The notes below the pieces were generated by a model. The model saw nothing but the letters and a program-made list of their open reading frames with translations. It made no database searches and had not been told where the DNA came from. The position numbers and the translations under genes were made by a program. From an uncultured virus (IMG/VR IMGVR_UViG_3300001346_000011) (lineage: Duplodnaviria > Heunggongvirae > Uroviricota > Caudoviricetes > Kyanoviridae), in IMG/VR virus record IMGVR_UViG_3300001346_000011, positions 51,576 to 71,575 of that record: 20,000 nt of DNA; one strand, given 5' to 3'. Shown piece by piece: positions 15,862 to 20,000 of the stretch (position 1 is the first letter of the stretch; each line of letters starts with the position of its first letter).

Positions 15862-17999
15862 TATCCGAAATTCTCCGCTGTGTCTGTTGTTGCTCGTGCA
15901 GTAGTTCTGCTGTAACGATTTCCGTCATTCATCGCCATTAAAATTTGTTCCATAGTGTTATTTAACTGATCCAACTTGTCTCCGGTTGAACTTGCGGATG
16001 CTGTTGTTGTTCCCATCATGCCACTTCTTAAACTTGTCATTGCTGTTCCTAAATTTTCTATACTGTTAGCATACATGTCTATTTTGCTTTTGTCAAGCTC
16101 ATCCAGTGTTTTATTCAAGTTTTTGGCAAAGTTTTCTGTACCGCCACCAAATATTTTACCAACGAATCCCGACACACCACCTTTGAGTGCTCCTGCACCC
16201 ATTTGTGCCATTGCCAACGACAGTTTGCCTGTAGCAGAAGCAATGTCTTTTAATTTTTCACCGTCAACATTTTGAAAACTGTTTAATCCTTCTGCAAGCG
16301 ATGATAAACCTTTACCAGCCGCCAATGCTCCAAGACCGACACCTGCTCCCAAGATGGCAACTACACCTGCTATGACTCCTGCACCCATCAATATTTTTGG
16401 ACCCATCGCCGCAAAAGCACTGATCCCTTTTGCCGCACCTGACAGGACAGAGCCTCCACCTGCTCCTGCAGATTTTAGCATATTCATTCCTGGCATTTTA
16501 CCGCCACCTCCACCGCCTCCTGTTAGATAACTTGAAACTCCCGTGACGGCTTTCTTGGCGACAAATGCAGTCAATGCCGTCGCCAATAGACCTGCCGCGA
16601 TTGTTAGTCCACCCATCCATTTTTTGCCTGAGTCCTCTAATCCATCAAACCAATCGTTAAATTTCGTGCCTAAATCATCCAATGTGGTTGCAATAAAAGA
16701 TTTAGGACCAATTATGCTTGCCAAGCCACCTATAATCATATCAACTCCTTGTTGGAATGGAACCANTAATTTNTGAANTTTTNAACTCAAGTTTTCACTG
16801 GCTTGGTCAAATTGTTTTGCACCTGCAGTACTTTTCGCTCTTTGTTCTTGCTCGTCTATTATTTCCTGAGTGCTTTGTCCTAAGAATTTTCTAAATTTCA
16901 CAGAATCTGCCGCAACATTGAAAAATTCATTGCCCACACCCAACTGAGTAGCAATTAATTTTTTCTGTCCTGCATCCATGTTGGCAATGCTTTCACCGTT
17001 ACGTGCCAGTGCTTGAATGAACTGATCACTTGCACCAGGTACACCATCTCTCAATGCCGACACTGCTTCACGCACACCTTCCACTGCAAATATACCAACT
17101 TGTTCTCCGCCTTCTGGAAATCCTTTTGCCAGCAATCCTGTCACAGCACTCACCATTTCTGGTGCCGCCGCTTTGACCCTTACCATGGTTGCTTCTATTT
17201 CACTGTTTGAAATCAAACGCAACTCTCTAGCATCTGCCACTGCTTGTAATTCATCTTTCACTTGATCTCTTTGCAATCCTGTCAATCTTGACAATTGGTC
17301 CAATCTCAATAGATATTCTTGCGAGCCTGCAACCAACTGTGAATTACTCATTGATTGAGATCTACCCAAAGTAGTCTGTAAGTCTAGATAATCAGCAAAG
17401 CCTTCTGTGATGTCTTCCATAGAAAATCCAAGACCTGTGATTGTTTTTCTGAAATCACTCTGTAATAGTGTTGTCATTATTGTGTTGAATCTTCTTGCAC
17501 CTTCGTTTGCACTACCGCCAAAACCAGCAAGTGATGTGTTGGCACTCATTAATGCCTGAGCCAATCTTGTCATGTCTATGCCGGCGTCACCTGCTATACG
17601 TCTAAAATCACTGACTGTTTGAGTTGTGTTTGCGCCTATCTCTGCCAAGTTTCTGAAAGTGTCAACATTTTCAAACACTCTTGCCGCTAGGTCGGCTGTG
17701 AATTGTAAAAATACTTTGTTTAATCCTGTGGTGCTTTGTGATAGAGCACCGAGTCCGCCAACCAATCCGTCTGCTCCATTGGTTAAGGATGAAAATCCGG
17801 CTCCTGCCGCACCTAAAACTTTTTTGAATACAACAACCGATTTGCTGGATTTTTTGGTTTCTTCTGTGAACTCACGTTGAGCACTACTGTTACCACCACT
17901 AGACCCGCCCAAAGCCTTCAATATCGCTTTGGCAGTATTTTCGCTGGCTAGTCCGCCTTTTTTAACCGCGTCTTCTAATAATTCTTCAATTGTTGCCAT
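15861..17999 (-). CDS. Tape-measure-like protein (712 aa)
   Basis: Long helical A/G/L-rich protein with hydrophobic Gly/Ala segments in the C-terminal half; LDQLSRLTG; its stop overlaps the portal start (TAATG). Confidence 0.7.
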   Translation of the reverse strand: MATIEELLEDAVKKGGLASENTAKAILKALGGSSGGNSSAQREFTEETKKSSKSVVVFKKVLGAAGAGFSSLTNGADGLVGGLGALSQSTTGLNKVFLQFTADLAARVFENVDTFRNLAEIGANTTQTVSDFRRIAGDAGIDMTRLAQALMSANTSLAGFGGSANEGARRFNTIMTTLLQSDFRKTITGLGFSMEDITEGFADYLDLQTTLGRSQSMSNSQLVAGSQEYLLRLDQLSRLTGLQRDQVKDELQAVADARELRLISNSEIEATMVRVKAAAPEMVSAVTGLLAKGFPEGGEQVGIFAVEGVREAVSALRDGVPGASDQFIQALARNGESIANMDAGQKKLIATQLGVGNEFFNVAADSVKFRKFLGQSTQEIIDEQEQRAKSTAGAKQFDQASENLSXKXXKLXVPFQQGVDMIIGGLASIIGPKSFIATTLDDLGTKFNDWFDGLEDSGKKWMGGLTIAAGLLATALTAFVAKKAVTGVSSYLTGGGGGGGKMPGMNMLKSAGAGGGSVLSGAAKGISAFAAMGPKILMGAGVIAGVVAILGAGVGLGALAAGKGLSSLAEGLNSFQNVDGEKLKDIASATGKLSLAMAQMGAGALKGGVSGFVGKIFGGGTENFAKNLNKTLDELDKSKIDMYANSIENLGTAMTSLRSGMMGTTTASASSTGDKLDQLNNTMEQILMAMNDGNRYSRTTARATTDTAENFG

Positions 18000-18027
18000 T
18001 ATGTGATACCAAAATCCTTGTTACTTG

Positions 18028-18107
18028 TATTTAATGCCAATCATTAAGTACGCATTTAATATGTCATACTAAATATTAGCAGTTTAAAAGTTAATAACAA
18101 TATTTAT
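18028..18107. promoter_or_regulatory. Divergent late promoter region
   Basis: TAAATA on minus (18028-18033 and 18101-18106) and on plus (18070-18075) in an AT-rich spacer between divergent genes. Confidence 0.5.
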
Positions 18108-18117
18108 TGGAGATTGA

Positions 18118-18984
18118 ATGTCACAAGAACAAATAGGTACAAATAGTAACCCACTTAAAAAGTATTACAGACAGCCCAAGCAGTTTGTAAGATTGCCAAG
18201 TGGTTATAAATTTTATCCTGAAGGATCTATCCAGGTTCCTGAATCAGGAGATGTTGCTGTGTATCCTATGACAGCAAAAGATGAAATGTTGCTGAAAACT
18301 CCAGATGCATTGTTGAATGGTGAAGCCACTGTGACAGTGATACAGAGTTGTATCCCGTCAATTAAGAATGCATGGGCAATGCCTTCGATAGATTGCGATG
18401 CGGCATTGATGACCATCAGAATGGCCACATATGGAACCAGCATGACTATGCCAATCAAAGTGCCAGGCACATCCATTGAGAAAGAATTGGTGTTGGATTT
18501 ACAAGAAAGTTTGAACAGCATCTTGTCAGCACAGTATAATGATACATTTTTTTATCAAAACATGGAAGTAAAAACAAAACCTTTAACATACAAAGAGTTT
18601 ACTGAAAGTGCAATCCAAACATTTGAACAACAAAGAATTCAAAAGATTGTGGATGACACAAAAATGAATGACGAAGAAAAAGTAAAAGCATTTCAAGCCA
18701 CTTTTAAAAAATTAACAGAATTAAGTGTGGGCATGGTGGCAAACACAATAGCATCAATCACAGTGGATGGTGAGACTGTGACAGATATAAAACAAATTAC
18801 AGAATTTTTAGATAACACTGACAAACAATTTTTCAGTTCCATCATGGAGCATTTGGAAAAAAATAGAGAAGCATTTCAATTAAAACCTCAAAAAATAACT
18901 TCCACAGAAGAAGAAGTTAAAAACGGAGCGCCTGCTGAATACACAATACCTGTAGCATTTGATTCAGCAAATTTTTTCGTATAA
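18118..18984 (+). CDS. gp26: T4 gp26-like baseplate hub/tail assembly chaperone (288 aa)
   Basis: NPLKKYYRQPK..RLPSG..FYP, YPMTAKDE.LLKTPDALLNG, SID.DA.L..IR.ATYG, C-terminal NFF; SD GGAG. Confidence 0.75.
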   Translation: MSQEQIGTNSNPLKKYYRQPKQFVRLPSGYKFYPEGSIQVPESGDVAVYPMTAKDEMLLKTPDALLNGEATVTVIQSCIPSIKNAWAMPSIDCDAALMTIRMATYGTSMTMPIKVPGTSIEKELVLDLQESLNSILSAQYNDTFFYQNMEVKTKPLTYKEFTESAIQTFEQQRIQKIVDDTKMNDEEKVKAFQATFKKLTELSVGMVANTIASITVDGETVTDIKQITEFLDNTDKQFFSSIMEHLEKNREAFQLKPQKITSTEEEVKNGAPAEYTIPVAFDSANFFV

Positions 18985-19031
18985 AGATAGCAACACTGCC
19001 GACTTCTGACATTATCAAACTCACCAAAGAA

Positions 19032-19208
19032 ATGGAAGGTGAAATCAAAAATTTCAAATCCGATCTATTCAAATTGGCCTGGTTCATGCGTGGATCAATC
19101 ACACTGGACGAGATGTATGCCACTTGTCATGAAGACAGAGAAGTGATGGGCGGTGTGATCAAAGAAAACCTAGACACTGCCAAAAAAACAGGACAACCGT
19201 TCTTTTAA
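19032..19208 (+). CDS. Small gp51-like ORF (58 aa), possibly expressed only as a -1 frameshift extension of the gp26-like gene
   Basis: Below the ORF-track cutoff: MEGEIKNFKSDLFKLAWFMRGSITLDEMYATCHEDREVMGGVIKENLDTAKKTGQPFF. The frame is open from 18963 and there is no SD before the ATG. Confidence 0.7.
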   Translation: MEGEIKNFKSDLFKLAWFMRGSITLDEMYATCHEDREVMGGVIKENLDTAKKTGQPFF

Positions 19209-19298
19209 GCACAACACACTATATATAAAGTATAAAAAATCATACACACACGGTGCCTAGAACCAAATAGCATCATTTAATCAATGACACACACATTC

Positions 19299-19304
19299 TA
19301 AATA
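19299..19304 (+). promoter_or_regulatory. Late-type TAAATA motif directly upstream of hemD
   Basis: cTAAATAaatcacatATG; no SD. Confidence 0.45.
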
Positions 19305-19312
19305 AATCACAT

Positions 19313-19882
19313 ATGCAAGTCTACACACAAATTGTACGACCCCAGGAGTTGGATGAGGATGACCTGTGGATTCCCTGTCTTAAAACAGCCACCGTTGAAC
19401 ACTCTCCTGCAGATGCACAAGGACTGATCATCACACACATCGAAGCCATCAAACACTATGCTCACAGTCTAGCAGAACTGTTGGATCAGAAGGTGTACGC
19501 CGTGGGATCTAAAACTTATGACCGACTCGTAGAGGCGGGCTTCGCAGAAAAAAATATTCATTGGCGACACACAGCCAACGATCTAAAACTGCGTTCCAAA
19601 AACACAGGCCCAATCACTTGGCTCCACGGAGACAAGTACGCCAGAGATTTTCGTGCGATACCAGAAGTCACTGCGATTCAGACATACGAATCAAAACCAG
19701 ATTCGAACGCCATCAAACAGATATTGAAATTGGAACCAGATGTTATTCATGTGTATTCTGATTCTGTGTTGAAAGAGTTGGAGATTAGAAACTGGAGTCA
19801 CACCAAGTTGAAACACGTTGAATCAGCGGAACCTGATCGTTCTGTTTGGTTGGATTGTGAATCATTTGATCCCAATGTTTAA
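19313..19882 (+). CDS. hemD: Uroporphyrinogen-III synthase-like protein, shortened (189 aa)
   Basis: Ordered HemD motifs: IVRP (TRP), IPCL, LIITHIEAI (lifTS.nAV), VYAVGSKTYDRLVEAGF (AVG..Ta..L...Gf), WLHGD, IQTYES (vYet, conserved Tyr), DVIHVYSDS (d.i.fySpS). Confidence 0.75.
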   Translation: MQVYTQIVRPQELDEDDLWIPCLKTATVEHSPADAQGLIITHIEAIKHYAHSLAELLDQKVYAVGSKTYDRLVEAGFAEKNIHWRHTANDLKLRSKNTGPITWLHGDKYARDFRAIPEVTAIQTYESKPDSNAIKQILKLEPDVIHVYSDSVLKELEIRNWSHTKLKHVESAEPDRSVWLDCESFDPNV

Positions 19883-20000
19883 GAACGACTAGCGTCGTTC
19901 TGCTTTTCGCTTACGCTCAAGCATTTAAGCAATCACATAACGAAGTTATGTCGTGCATCATGCAGACAGTTGATCCATACTTCACCCAGTAACGGGAAAA
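19882..20000. other. Non-coding cluster of consecutive hairpins (continues past the window edge)
   Basis: AGAACGAC-tagc-GTCGTTCT (19882-19901), TGCTT..AAGCA (19901-19923), ACATAAC-gaa-GTTATGT (19935-19951), TGCA-tca-TGCA, CCC-agtaac-GGG. Confidence 0.55.

Noticed and set aside
47..17880. Many plus-strand ORFs of 60-215 aa antisense to the structural genes (e.g. 11318..11965, 4436..4867, 12642..13079)
   Set aside because: Shadow ORFs fully overlapping well-supported minus-strand genes, with no recognisable motifs.
18213..19761. Minus-strand ORFs 18213..18521 and 18917..19123, and plus-strand ORF 19561..19761
   Set aside because: Antisense to or out of frame within the gp26-like, gp51-like and hemD genes; no independent support.
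1..20000. Stop-codon reassignment, CRISPR array, integrase/transposase or diversity-generating retroelement
   Set aside because: Genes are full length in the standard code, with TAG used as a true stop (910, 11563, 14143). I saw no spaced direct repeats, recombinase or reverse-transcriptase motifs.

Overview
AT-rich segment of a T4-like (myovirus-type) phage genome, probably a metagenomic assembly (four N bases at 16766-16783). The minus strand carries a morphogenesis block: a tape-measure-like gene, portal (gp20), two accessory genes, an acidic prohead-core protein, prohead protease (gp21), scaffold (gp22), major capsid (gp23), several small virion proteins and two paralogous large fibre-like proteins. 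A gp26-like gene runs divergently on the plus strand. Highlights: (1) two reduced tetrapyrrole-biosynthesis genes, hemB and hemD. hemB lies in a sigma70-driven lipoprotein-hemB-ORF cassette behind the capsid terminator, and hemD lies behind a late-type TAAATA motif. (2) A candidate programmed -1 frameshift fusing the gp26-like ORF to the next ORF. (3) Two structured 5' leaders next to Shine-Dalgarno (SD) sites. (4) A ~320-aa zincin-like domain inserted in a fibre protein. (5) A Maf/DUF115/sialyltransferase-like gene inside the head cluster. All assignments come from by-eye motif recognition; no searches were run.
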